A stretch of 64,000 nt of DNA from Curvularia clavata (lineage: Eukaryota). Below, piece after piece: positions 1 to 11,511 of the stretch. Numbering within the stretch: position 1 is the stretch's first letter; each line of letters begins with the position of its first letter. The notes under the pieces are model-generated. The model worked only from the letters and a program-made list of their open reading frames with translations, was not told the origin of the DNA and did not search any database. The stretch covers positions 4,464,001 to 4,528,000 of the forward strand of contig CP089274.1 in assembly GCA_023920165.1 (NCBI GenBank). The letters are read 5' to 3'. The position numbers and the translations under genes were made by a program.

Positions 1-372
1 CCACTATACATATCCCATACCTTAACTGTCTTGTCCCGCGACGCCGACGCCAGCTTTGTTCCATCGGGTGAGAAGGCTATTGAGTAGAAGACACCGTGCC
101 CCTCAAGCGTCTGCAGACACTGCCCACTGTACGCATCCCATATCTTGACTGTCTTGTCCCATGACGCCGACGCTAGCCTTGCTCCATCGGGTGAGAAGGC
201 TGCTGAGTAGACGAAGTCGTTATGCCCCTCGAGCGTATGCAGACACTGCCCACTGTGCGCGTCCCATATCTTGACTGTCTTGTCCCGCGACGCTGATGCC
301 ACCCTTGCTCCATCTGGCGAGAAAGCTACTGATTTAACGGAGCCGCTATGCCCCTCGAGCGTCTGCAGACAC
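1..372 (-). repeat. Tandem high-identity WD40-coding repeats (126-bp period; last visible unit 123 bp)
   Basis: TGCCCACTGT recurs at 121 and 247 (126 apart) and the unit at position 1 is offset by 123. Units translate as LEGHSGSVKSVAFSPDG / LEGHNDFVYSAAFSPDG / LEGHG-VFYSIAFSPDG. Confidence 0.92.
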
Positions 373-2872
373 GCGCTCCAGCTGTGTTCTAGATCTGGTA
401 GGACATCCAATCCTTGTGCTTGGGATTTGAAAATATCTCTGATGATGCTCGTTTTAGGGCTGAACAGGATGCCTGATGTATAAATCTGCAATGGCCATCT
501 TTTAATCATGCTCTTGTGATGCATGATGAAACGCCATGCGTCATTAATCAGTGCGATGAGTTCAGTCTGACTTTGACTTTTCTAGTCTCATTAGCGTACT
601 TGCAATATTCTGTTAGTCTCAGCCATACCTGGACCAGTTGAAGCACTTTAGCAAGGGCTGTAATGCCTTGTTCTACGCTCTGGCACAGACTGAGCGCCTC
701 AAGCCAGTATAGATATGTCTTCCTGAAAAATTGGTTGAGTTTGGATATGATTGCCAGCTCTCTTGTACCGCTGGCTGATAAGTCGGTATTCAACTCGCAG
801 AGATGGTCCGCCCAGTGATTGCAAGAGTAGCGTACAGACACAAGAGGGTCCTGAGCAGGTATGCTGATATCCTCGCTAGCAATTGCTGGAATTTTAAGAT
901 CATACATGTCCCTGTGCATTGTACTGAATAAGACTTCCATAGACTTCAGGAAGGTCGAACAATGGATAGCCTCTGCTCCATCCGGGAAGATCTGCAAGGC
1001 TGCTCTGGTGAGCAGAAAGTCCTTAGCTGATTGATGCACAAAGTAAACAATGCCTTCTCTTAGCGTGAGGAAAGATCCACAGAGAGCAACAATCTCCTCT
1101 ACATCGTCAGCATCCTTCTGAACTTGTTCAGCCAGAGTGACTAGCTCAGAGACAGTTATAGGTCGATACGAAATTGCAACCAATGCAAGAACTTGAAGAC
1201 AGGTTTCGGCATCCTCTGAACCAATAATCTGGCTCATCATTCTCTCATACAGGGCGTCTAGACCAGGTGGGAACTGCGTGAGCTTTTTCTGTACATGTCT
1301 TTTAGGTGTTTTCTCAAGGCTCTGACAAACTAACGCCACCCACAAGAAAGTGTCGTTAGCATTCAAGGTCAGATATCGGAGCACTTCCGCCTGCAGTTCT
1401 GGTGAATAATGCTTCTCTGTAGCTAGGTTGTTCACTTTTTGCTTAACAAAGGCGCCAACTGCCGTGGCTATCGCGTTCGCATTCAGCTCAAGACTTAGCT
1501 TCACTTTATGTCCTGCCCGCTCTAGCTGTGCTTCAATATCAGGCCAGTTGCGACTAGACACGATCCACTTAACGCGCGAGGATGCTGATGACTGTTGAGC
1601 CACAAAACCCAGCAGCTTTGGTAGGTCAGCGATGCACTCATCTAAAGCATCAACGACGAGATATGTCCTGCCTAGGCTTGGATCCTGAAGGATGTCTGTG
1701 AAGATGTCTCTCAGTGCTACCCATGCGTTTGCATCCTCAAATAGTTGTTTGCCTGCACACTCGTGTTGCTTTTGGATATGCGACGCCAGTAGTGGTTGTT
1801 GAGTTACAAGCATATACAGCAACCCTCGCAGTACCGCAACGGCATTATTAATGCGCGAGTCAGTCGCTTGGCAGAAGAAATACGCGACCGTTTCATTGTG
1901 TCTTGTAGTCTTTTGTATCTCGTTGATAATGCCGCATAGCAGCATCGTCTTGCCTTTGCCAGGGTCGCCCTTAACCCACAGTAGTCGACTAGTAGGATCT
2001 TGCTGCCACTGCTGGAAGGTGCTATTGTCGAGGACCCAGTGGTATGAGTCAAATAGTAAACCGCCCTTTGTTTCTTCAATGCGCTTTTTGTCATCGCGAG
2101 GATCGCTGGTGCGCAGATCGCAGACACAGGCTTCCAGCTTCTTAATTTCATGACGAAGCCGTCTGAAGGCTTCTTCTTCACCTTCGCCATACACAGGCGC
2201 AATGTCTACACCACAAAGGCCTGACAAAGCGTATGCCTTATCCTCTTTAAACTTTGTGCTCCTGTAGTTTGCCCATCGCTGCCTTTCATCGCTCTTGAAG
2301 CGAGACAATGTAGCTCCATCAAGCACTTCAAGGGGAATGCTGGTTATCTTGTTGATCAAGCATCGCAGCGAAGATCTGTCACCCAGTTCGTCCCCTTCTT
2401 GGGAGAAGAACTTGACCGCGCACGGCGCGATTAACTCTTGGAGCGTCCAGCCACGTGTAAACCAGCGGCTGGACCTGAACATAGCCTGCCAATCGAGCCC
2501 ATCAGCTGTTTCATCAAATGTTCTTTTCTTTGTTCGTACGTCCGATAGATAGACATAGCATTTCTTCGCGTTCTGATACCAACGAAACATGAACCGAATA
2601 GCTTGAGAGAGCTCATCCTTGTCTTCCTTGTTGATGCAACATGTATCGACCCAGAAGTACTGCAGACCATCACGCCGTGCTTGCGCGGCGCAGAAATAGA
2701 TCTTCTCATATCCACTTTTGTCCTGCCCATTTCCGTTGAAGATGTTCGCAAAAGTTACCTCTTCGCTGTCTTGCCCCCATGTGTGAGACAATATTGCATA
2801 AGGAGGCACCAGCCCGTCGCTGAAGCTTTTGATGATGATCGTACCATTTTCTCTACGTTGAAGAAGGCGCAT
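1..2872 (-). CDS. HNWD-family fungal NLR (HET domain - NACHT - WD40 repeats), het-e/het-d-like; 3' end runs off the window start
   Basis: HET motifs YAILSHTWG, WVDTCCINK, WYQNAKKCYVYLSDV, SRWFTRGWTLQELIAP. NACHT Walker A GDPGKGKT and Walker B LVVDALDE. Intron 628-582 (GTATGG..GCTAAT..TAG) joins to an exon reading ...WSACLQTLEGHSGSVKSVAFSPDGARVASASRDKTVKIWD.... Likely start is the ATG at 2872 (MRLLQRRENG), not the longer ORF start at 3034. Confidence 0.93.
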
Positions 2873-3255
2873 TGACTCAGATAGATCGGTGTGAATGGGT
2901 GCAGTCGTGTGCAAGACGTGGTCCACGATGTGATAGGTTTTTAGGTGAGAAAGCTTGCCTAGGTAGCAGAAAGCAGGCTGAAGAAGCCTGTGGGCTGACA
3001 CAGTAGTCTTGGCTTGATAGCGGCTGTGCGCCATGTTTCAGCTCGGCTCAGCTTCATGGCTGTTTGGTGGGCTGCAGTTGCGCCTGCTCATTCGTCACGA
3101 GATATGCACGAATTGTCATTAGGCTATTCAGCGACTACAAACTGCATACCAGTCAACATTGCCGAGGGACTTTTCTAAGGTTGCATTTTCTGTTTATATC
3201 TAATTACCTGAATTTCTGTATGGTATGCAAAATCAAGGCGTAGTTAAAATCACTT

Positions 3256-4360
3256 TTAGTATGTACATTCGTGCCGCGGGAGCATCCACGTCCCTGAATC
3301 GACTTGCGTCGAACTCAGAGCTGCGCATATCTGCGTTGTTGTCTTCGAGGCCTCTCCGGCATTTACATGTCCTGTCATTCGCTTTCTCTTTTGACGTCGT
3401 CTGCTCTTGGCGGACTTCGCTTTTGCGGCATCCATCTCAGTGCGCTTTGCTCGCGCTGGTTGCAGCTCTTCGTAGCCCTGTAGCAAGAGAGAGCTGAGCG
3501 GCTCTCGCCAGTTTCTGGACATGTCTCTGTAGGTGTTGCCTGCTCTTCTTGCAGAGAGCACGGGCGTCGTGGTTCGCAATCAGGTTCTGTAAGGACACAA
3601 GGCTGACACTGGCGTGATAAGCGTTTGTAAGACAGCTTCTGATGCAGTCGACTCAAATGTAGCCTCAGCAATAGCAGATAGAGTCAACGCAGCATCAGGT
3701 CTGAGAATGCTATTAAGCACTCTAGCTGGGTTGAGTGGGGTCCAGCTGCTAGCAGCGAAGCCAGCCTTACTGTTCTTTGCTGCCCGAGCCTTCGCTCGTG
3801 GAGGGCTGAACAGGGATGCGAAGTGCTCCTTACCGATCGTGGTCACGCCCTCCGCACTTTCCTTCGTTTCTGGGTCCAAAATGCGCATCAGCTACGGCGA
3901 ACTGATATGCGAGTTGGTATATCTATTCTCAAAGCATGCGTACTGCCAGCCTGGAGTAGGAAAGGCGGTCCAGTTGCTCCGGCGTGTAGCTGCTGGCTAG
4001 ATGATCATAGGGTTAGACATACCGTCGCCACTTATACACTCTACCGCGGTGACCGTTTTACGCTTCATCTATGCACGTCTGTAGTTTTGCATGCCGTTCT
4101 TATCGATCAACACTTTAACAGACCCTAATATTGAGAGCATGACGCCTATCTCGTCTATTTTATACACATTTTCTACTCGAATATTTGGTTCTTGTAGTAA
4201 CTTTTCTATAACGTTGAACTAGTGAGACATCTTCTAGTACGCGTTTCGCTTGCGAGGGTTCTAGTCTAAAGCCCTCGCCCTTCTTGCATGCATTTTTGGG
4301 TGCTATTTCTTGAAGGCGCGAGCCCAGTTCTTGGTCGGTGGTTTAGACGGTCGGCTGGTG
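3256..4360 (-). mobile_element. Degenerate pogo/Fot1-like (Tc1/mariner superfamily, DDE_1) transposase relic, internally deleted and RIP-mutated
   Basis: Manual minus-strand translation gives KNWARAFKK*HPKMHARRARALD*N, ENVYKIDEIGVMLSILGSVKVL, TVTAVECISGDG, NPMII*PAATRRSNWTAFPTPGWQYAC, RILDPETKESA, IGKEHFASLFSP and YEELQPARAKR, all typical Fot1/pogo segments. TAG stops sit at positions normally Trp (+ coordinates 4261-4263, 3997-3999, 3892-3894). No TIRs identified; boundaries approximate. Confidence 0.85.
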
Positions 4361-5165
4361 TAACTGCTCATGATTAAGTACCGCTCATTTATTGAGCAAG
4401 ACCTACAGTGGTTACTATTAAGTAAGCCAACTAACTAGGACTGACCACTTCACTTAATTAGATATGCCCAACCCTCAATAGTGTAGTATTCAATAGCGAG
4501 TAAGATGCACCCCTTAGTATCTAGCAATGGATATCGAAGCCTTGTGACTTAATGTGTTTAACTTAAGTTACGAATACGAGTGTGATCCAAGATTTACTTG
4601 TAAGTTACTGTTCATTGCATACTATTACTTCGTCGGCGAAAATCAAACATCTAAAGTCTTTGACATCAGCAGTCTTACATTACTTCAACTCACGCTCCTA
4701 CTCTTAGCAGATGCAAGGAACAGGATCCAGTTCAAGTTCAGTTCACTCGACCTACCAAACCAAGTAGGTGAATCTGTAAACGTGACGATCATGCCGATGA
4801 ACCACCTTGTAACCCTGGAAGGAAGCCCTGAGGGTTCGAAGTGACTTTGACTACACTATGAGCCACTTCGGAGGAAATACAACTATCTAGACAATAAAGG
4901 GCGGCTCCAATCACCAGTCACGTGACTATTATATGAATACGGCATCCAGTGAGGTTTGATGGATGATTGGTTTCCCAAAGTAGCAGGCGCATAGCTAAGC
5001 GACCAGCCGGCTGCATGCGTATACTCTAGGCAACCCATTCGATAGCTGATATAAGAAGAGTCTGAGTCATTGAGAGTCATGTTTTGGGGGGTAGAGAATG
5101 AGTTAAAGTCGAGCATGGCCTTTGCGATGGGCAACGACACAAAGTGATTCCTAGCTCATCTCAAC

Positions 5166-5825
5166 ATGCCTCTACAACTCCGGCCCATGACAACCGACGA
5201 CGCCCTGTCGTGGGCGCGTGTTCGCCTCATTGCCTACTACGGCCCTACACACGACGTGCTGCACAACGGCCGAATGCGCGAATCGTCTCTGCGCGCAGTA
5301 GCCGAAGAGCGCAAAGAGATGATGCAGCAGCCGGGTAGCTGGTACTGGAAGGTGGTGGATACAGACGAGGCGCCGAGCCCAGACGACCCAGAAGATAACG
5401 GCGGGCGAACGATAGCGGTTTCAGTCTGGACGATGCAGAATGTCGCAGCAACAGAAACAAAAAAACCACGCTTCGCGCCCCCCGAACTACGTATGGATGC
5501 ACTCAAGTCGCTGTTTGGCCCGCTGGGGCAGGCTCAGGAAGACATTATGGGTAGCGAGCAGCCATATCTCAAGTTGCTGTCACTGGCGACACATCCCGAC
5601 TTCCAAGGGCGAGGAGCGGCGAGTTTGATGCTGGAATGGGGACTTGAAAAGGCAGACAGAGAGGGGCTGGCCGTGTATCTGGACGCGACGCAAATGGCGC
5701 GGCCCCTGTATGAGCGGCACGGGTTCAAGGTGGTGCGGGCGATTGAGTGGGATCGGGAGCCGTGGGGTGGGCAGGGCAAAGATTGTCATTCGTGCATGCT
5801 GCGAGAGGCTCGGAGGGTTGAATAG
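5166..5825 (+). CDS. GNAT-family N-acetyltransferase
   Basis: 219-aa single-exon ORF with motif A LATHPDFQGRGAAS and C-terminal YLDATQMARPLYERHGF. Confidence 0.9.
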   Translation: MPLQLRPMTTDDALSWARVRLIAYYGPTHDVLHNGRMRESSLRAVAEERKEMMQQPGSWYWKVVDTDEAPSPDDPEDNGGRTIAVSVWTMQNVAATETKKPRFAPPELRMDALKSLFGPLGQAQEDIMGSEQPYLKLLSLATHPDFQGRGAASLMLEWGLEKADREGLAVYLDATQMARPLYERHGFKVVRAIEWDREPWGGQGKDCHSCMLREARRVE

Positions 5826-6501
5826 GGGGCATGCGGAAACATGGGCGGCGTGGTTGTTTTATTCCTGTGATGATGATGGGTTAGATAGTCTGTGTGTAAT
5901 GTAATAGTTAGTACAGTAGTTCGCACCATCCACCACACTGGAGCCGGCTAGCCGCCCGAACAGCCGACATCAGCCGGGGTGTTATAGGCGTTCTTGGTCC
6001 CCGCACAGAGGCGTCCAAGGTGGCGGGACTGGACAGGCTGGGCGGCGGTGCTGTGGTGTTGCTGCGCTGCGTATGGGCGTGGGTGTGGTGGTAGTCTTGA
6101 TGCTTGTTTGTGTCGATGTAGGTACAGTAGCCTCGGCGACGCCCAGAGTGACGTATGCATGCGTGTAGTAGTATGCAAAAGTATGGTAGCTCTTGTAGCT
6201 GGCGCGCCCCGTTTGTTGTCTGTGCCACATTTCTCTAGGGATTATTATTACCCGCCCCAACGGCACAGCCTGTCCAGTCCCTCCGCGTGCGGGTTAGGTC
6301 CATCTGATGATGCATTTGCTGGGCAGGGTGCCTGAGTCGCCCCGAGTCGCATCCCTCCACCAAGCCGCCGTCCACACTACAAGCTCAACCTCGACCGCGC
6401 CTCTCGAGCTCCACACCAGCCCGCCACGTCCTTTACTTGCTCCCAACACCCACGCGCGAGTCGCCGACCGCATGTCCGCGCAGGGCTAACTGAGGGGGGG
6501 C

Positions 6502-9500
6502 ATGGCTCGCAACGCGCGCAAGCGTATCTCCTACGGTACCTACGTCCCGCTGCGCCCTCATAAAGGAGCCCCGACTAACCATGTACTTGTCCAGTGCTGC
6601 CACTCGCAAACTCGGCCGGAGGTCATAGACTCGGAGTCAATGGCCTGGCTGTCGACCCCCAGAATTCAATTCTCTACTCGGGCGGCCGCGATGGCGTAAT
6701 ATGCGCCTGGGACCTGCACCTGGACCTGCGCAAGTCCCAAGCTGACGACAACGATGACCGCGACCCCTTTGCCGACTCCAACCAAGTCGACTTCAAGCCG
6801 CCGCCTACCCAGTTCCGCCAACAGGTCCAGGCCCATACCCACTGGATCAACGACATTGTCCTCGCCCAGAACAACAATGCCCTCGTCTCTGCCTCGTCCG
6901 ACATCACCGTAAAGGTCTGGCGGCCCGCGGCCACAGACAAGCTCCCTCCCCAGACCATCGGCTTGCACACCGACTATGTCAAGCGCGTCGCCTCGCCCGG
7001 CGGTAACGAGAACTGGATTGCCTCGGGTGGCCTCGACCGCAAGATTAGCCTGTGGGATCTTAATGGTGCGGGAAAGAAGCTCGAGATTGCAGTTGGCGAT
7101 GACGAGAGCACTGCCAAGGGCTCTGTCTACGCTCTGGCAGTAACACCAAACCTCGTGGCCAGCGGTGGCCCAGAAAGTATCGTTCGTGTTTGGGACGCGA
7201 GATCGGGCAAGCGCATTACAAAGTTTGTCGGACATACGGACAATGTGCGCGATATTCTTCTGGCCGCGGATGGCGATATGATTTTGACTGGCTCCTCAGA
7301 CCAGACGGTCAAAGTGTGGTCCATGACAGCTGGCCGCTGCATGTACACACTCACCATGCACAACGATAGCGTGTGGTCGCTTCACTCGGACTCTCCCACT
7401 CTCGACACCTTTTACTCGTCAGACCGATCTGGCCTTGTGGCCAAGAGCGACGTCCGCAACTGCGCCGAGATGGATGAGGGTCTCTCTGTTGCAGTGTGCC
7501 AAGAGCACGAGGGTGTCAACAAGCTTGTCGCAGCCGGCGATTATATATGGACGGCGACTTCCAGCTCGAGCATCAACCGCTGGCAGGATGTCGAGACGGC
7601 CGCCGAAATTGAGCTACCGGAATCCTACAAATGGCACAGGAACAGTGTATCCACGATGCGATCACGAAGTCCTCCAGTCAATGGAACAACGCCCAAGATC
7701 CCACTCAAGTCCCTGCTGCGCATGTCCAACACTGCCCCTTTCCCTCAAGCATTTGCCACAAAGGATACAGATGCAGTTACTGTAGCAAGCGCGCGTAAAA
7801 CCCCAGACGTCCTAACAGTATCCGATCCTGCGGCTATTGGCACGGTCCGAGCATTACCAGATTTTACCATTGAAGGCCAGAACGGACTAATCAAGCATCA
7901 TCTTCTCAATGATCGCCGAAGAGTCCTGACCCTCGATACTGCCGGAGAAGTCATCTTATGGGATCTGATTCAGGTACGATAAAGTATAAACTTCTCCTTT
8001 CATACAATGACTAAACAATAGCAGTGTATGCCCATCAAATCGTTTGGCAAAAAGCACATGGAAGATGTGTTGCCTGAAGTCAACACCCAAGACAGCGTTG
8101 CTCACTGGTGTGCTGTCGACACCAGGATAGGAACCTTGACATGCATGCTAGAGGAAAATTACTGCTTTGATGCCGAGACCTATGCAGATGAGCTAGAGCT
8201 AGAGGAAAAGATCGAATTCAGGGAAGACCACAGAAGTACGCGGCCGTGAACATGTTGTCGGAATCTGCTAACCTGACGCTAGTAAACCTTGGAAAATGGA
8301 TCCTGAGATACCTCTTCTCCAACCTCATTGACGAAGAAATCAAACGCGACGAAGTGGCTCGGGCTGAGCTGCTCAAGCAAAAAGAAGAACAGCCGCAATC
8401 TGGTCGACCCACCAACATTAAACTACCAGATATGAACATCAATGGATGGAAAGACGCGACATCTGGACCTACTTCAGCCTCCACCATCAGGGCTGAAAAC
8501 GGATTCCGCTTACCCCACACACCAGGTCTGGCCATCGGCCTGGCAACACCAATGGCAGGACCAGGAAGTGCAGGTCGCAACTCAGCCACTGCAGGCACCT
8601 TGACACCAACCAAAGAAGAAGGATCGCAGCTGGAGAAGACACAGACTCAGGAGGGCGGTGACTACTTTGGTTCCGCCTCAGATACCAATGCCAACGGAAA
8701 TGGGAAAGCTGTGGATCCCCCAAAAGAAGGCTCAACCGACTCCAAGGAAGAGGCCGTTCAATCCCCGACGGAGACGGACACACCCTCCAAGAAGGCCAAA
8801 GGCATGTTTGGCAAAAAGTTCAACATGTCGTTTAACATGAAAAAGTTCAGCACCGGTACAGCTGTGTCTGAACCCGCGAAACCTGCTGTTGATGAGAAGG
8901 CTGAAGACAGTGACTCGCGCTCTACCAAGACGGAAGAAAAGACGTTTGAAGACAACTTTTTCGGTGTCATTCAGCGGATACGACAGGGCTATGAGGAGCA
9001 GTTGGCTGCAGGCGCTTCAAGGCTAGACACAGCCATCGCACCGAGCCTGCCAAACGAAACACCTGTGTTGAAGCCGCCAGCCATGACGACTATTCTGATC
9101 CAAGAGGATCGTCCCGACTCAGGTGGTGTTGCAGACTTGTTCGAGGGTAAAGTCGGGACACTGGCATCGCAGGCTGATCTGATTGAGAAAGCCGCGCCCA
9201 TGTGGCTCGCCGAGGTCTTGCTACGGGTGAGTTATCCTCAAACTCCAGAAACAACTGCTACAGATTCTAACCAGACGCAACAGAACCAACTTCCACCCAA
9301 AGACATTGTCAAAGTATCTTTTGTCCTCGAACCCTTTGCCAACGCCCTGCCATCCATTTCCTCCGACGGGTACATTCCTTTTTCCCTCCCCTTCGAAACC
9401 GCAGCTCTCGCTAATTCGACACTCAGCAACAACCGTCTCAATGCAAACCGCATGCTACGCGCCCGCAAGATTCTCGGCTACGTCGCTGAACGCATCGAGC

Positions 9501-9975
9501 CACAGAGCAAGGAGGAGGAGAAGCCGGCTGTTGAAGGCGAGACAACGCCTGCGCCTGCGCCTTTGAGACCGGAAGAGTATCTCGAGTTGTACTGCAATGG
9601 ACAGGTGAGATTTTCCTTCTGCTTGTTTCTCTGTTTCTGTTGGAAATCCGAACTGACCCGGGAATGCAACAGCTCATCCCCCCAACCATGACCCTGGCCA
9701 GTATCCGCGCGCACATCTGGCGCGGAGGTGGCGATGTTCTGCTCTACTACAAGTCTAATGGCCGCAAGGAAATCAAGCCCTTCCCACCCTACCCAGGTCC
9801 CCAGTCCGGCGCCCTGCCTAATGCTGGTGGTACTACCGTGTACGGCTTGAAGCCTGGCATGGTGTCGGGGTCATCAGCCCCGGGAAGTAGCAATGCAAGC
9901 GAAGGCAAGCAGAGCAGTGAGGTGGATGGCAGGAGTTCGAGGGATCCAGCTGGGAATGCCGTGTTTGGCCCGTAA
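6502..9975 (+). CDS. WD40 deubiquitinase cofactor, WDR48/UAF1/Bun107/Duf1-like
   Basis: Exon 1 (6502-6535, [11 protein letters not shown]) splices to WD40 repeats ([26 protein letters not shown]). Introns at 6536-6594, 7974-8024, 8236-8282 and three more near 9227, ~9370 and ~9605. C-terminal region has [13 protein letters not shown] and [24 protein letters not shown]. Confidence 0.88.
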
Positions 9976-10165
9976 TTGCAGATGGAGAAGGCCGGACATG
10001 GACTGTATAGTACGCACCATTGTGCGTGTGAGAAAAAAGTTCGTATCAAGTGGCATGATGGTCGTATAGTATAGTTATGGCATAGTATAGTACATTAGTA
10101 TCGAAGGCGTCTGTGCGATACTTTTTTCTCTCCCTTTTCTACATCGTCTCAAGCCAACGCTCGCA

Positions 10166-11192
10166 TCAATCCTGTTCCTCGCCTCCCAACAGGTTACTCG
10201 CCCATTGGTAAGACCCCAGGAAAATAGCGCCTCCGACACTGATCCAACCCACACGGGGCCCCAAACCCGCGAAGAAAGCCCTTGGCCCAGACTCTCGCAG
10301 AATACTGCTGACCATCTTGACCATCGGCTGCTTCTCCCTCGCCAGCATCATCCGCGTCTTCAGCACATCCAAGGGTGTGGTAATCGCCGCGGCAACAGCG
10401 CCCGCCATACTTCCTAGCACACCACCCTCCCACCCACTAACCTGCGCTCTCCCTGTCTGCCCCATACGATACGCCTTTAGTTTCTCCCAGAGCGGAAACT
10501 GAATCACAGTAAACGGCACCTCACGGATAATCGTAATGCTCCAGCCCCGATACAACTCGCGCCAGACATGCACGTAGCCACGGGAGCGCCGCTGCTCAAG
10601 AATATGCGTGAGCGCACTTAGCGACGAGGGAAACTGCTTCGCCTGCGCACGCTGCTTCACGACTTCTGTCGGCACACGCACCGCACACGCAGCTACTTCG
10701 CCCAAACTGGCGGCCGCCATGTGCGCCAGCGCTTCATTGCTTCCACCTTGCACTTGCTCGGCATACGGTTTGCCATCCGCTGTGAATTGGATTCTCGACT
10801 CTGGAGTCGCCAATGCGCGCTTGATGGAGTCGTAGGTGACGAAGAAGAGGGCGGCGCCGGGTGCGGAGCCTACAATGGCGCTGCCCACGCCACGGTATAT
10901 GCCTGAGAAGCCGCCGCTGGCGGCGAAGCCCGACGAGGATTGGAGGCGTGTTTTGAGTGTGTCGAGGGGGTACAGAGAGAGGTCGACTGTGGTGCCTGCG
11001 AGACCGCCTGCCTGTGGGGTGGGGGGCGTTAGCAATTGAATATGTGCATGTGCATGTGTAAAGTATATATATGACGACACATGTGATTGCAAAAGCATTG
11101 CGGAAGATAAAACTTACAATCAGCGATCGCAGATACGGCGATTCAACCCATGCCTTGTTTCCCTGTGCAGGGTCGAGCGCAGGCGGTGGCAT
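10166..11192 (-). CDS. PET8: Mitochondrial carrier, S-adenosylmethionine transporter (Pet8/Sam5-like)
   Basis: Three carrier signatures (PLDTLKTRLQ, PTEVVKQRAQ, PLDVLKTRMM) plus GSAPGAALFF and REVPFTVIQFPLWE. Intron 11117-11012 (GTAAGT..CAG). Confidence 0.88.
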
Positions 11193-11511
11193 TGCGAGGA
11201 GGAAGGGAGGGGAAACGAGGAAAAATGGTATCGGCGCTGTTATGACGAATTCAAACTCACGAGATCGAAACGAGTGATGCGTTCCCGCGTTTCCGCCGCC
11301 CGAGGGGAAACCGCGCGTCTGTGCTCAAGCTAAGCTTTGCTCCCCTGCGTTTATTTGGGACCGCAAGGCATTTTGTTTGCGTGAGCTTTGGTTTGGATAT
11401 TGGACATCGACGCGCTTGCACTGATTTGGTTTTGCGCACGACGGTAGATCCGCGACGACTGGACTTTGGAGCGCAACTTTGCAGTGCACCGCGATATGGC
11501 ACGATGAGATC

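Noticed and set aside
4400..5140. TA-CAGTGG Tc1-like TIR start near 4404 and short ORFs 4554-4844 and 4883-5140
   Set aside because: No matching second TIR and no recognisable protein similarity; probably decayed sequence.
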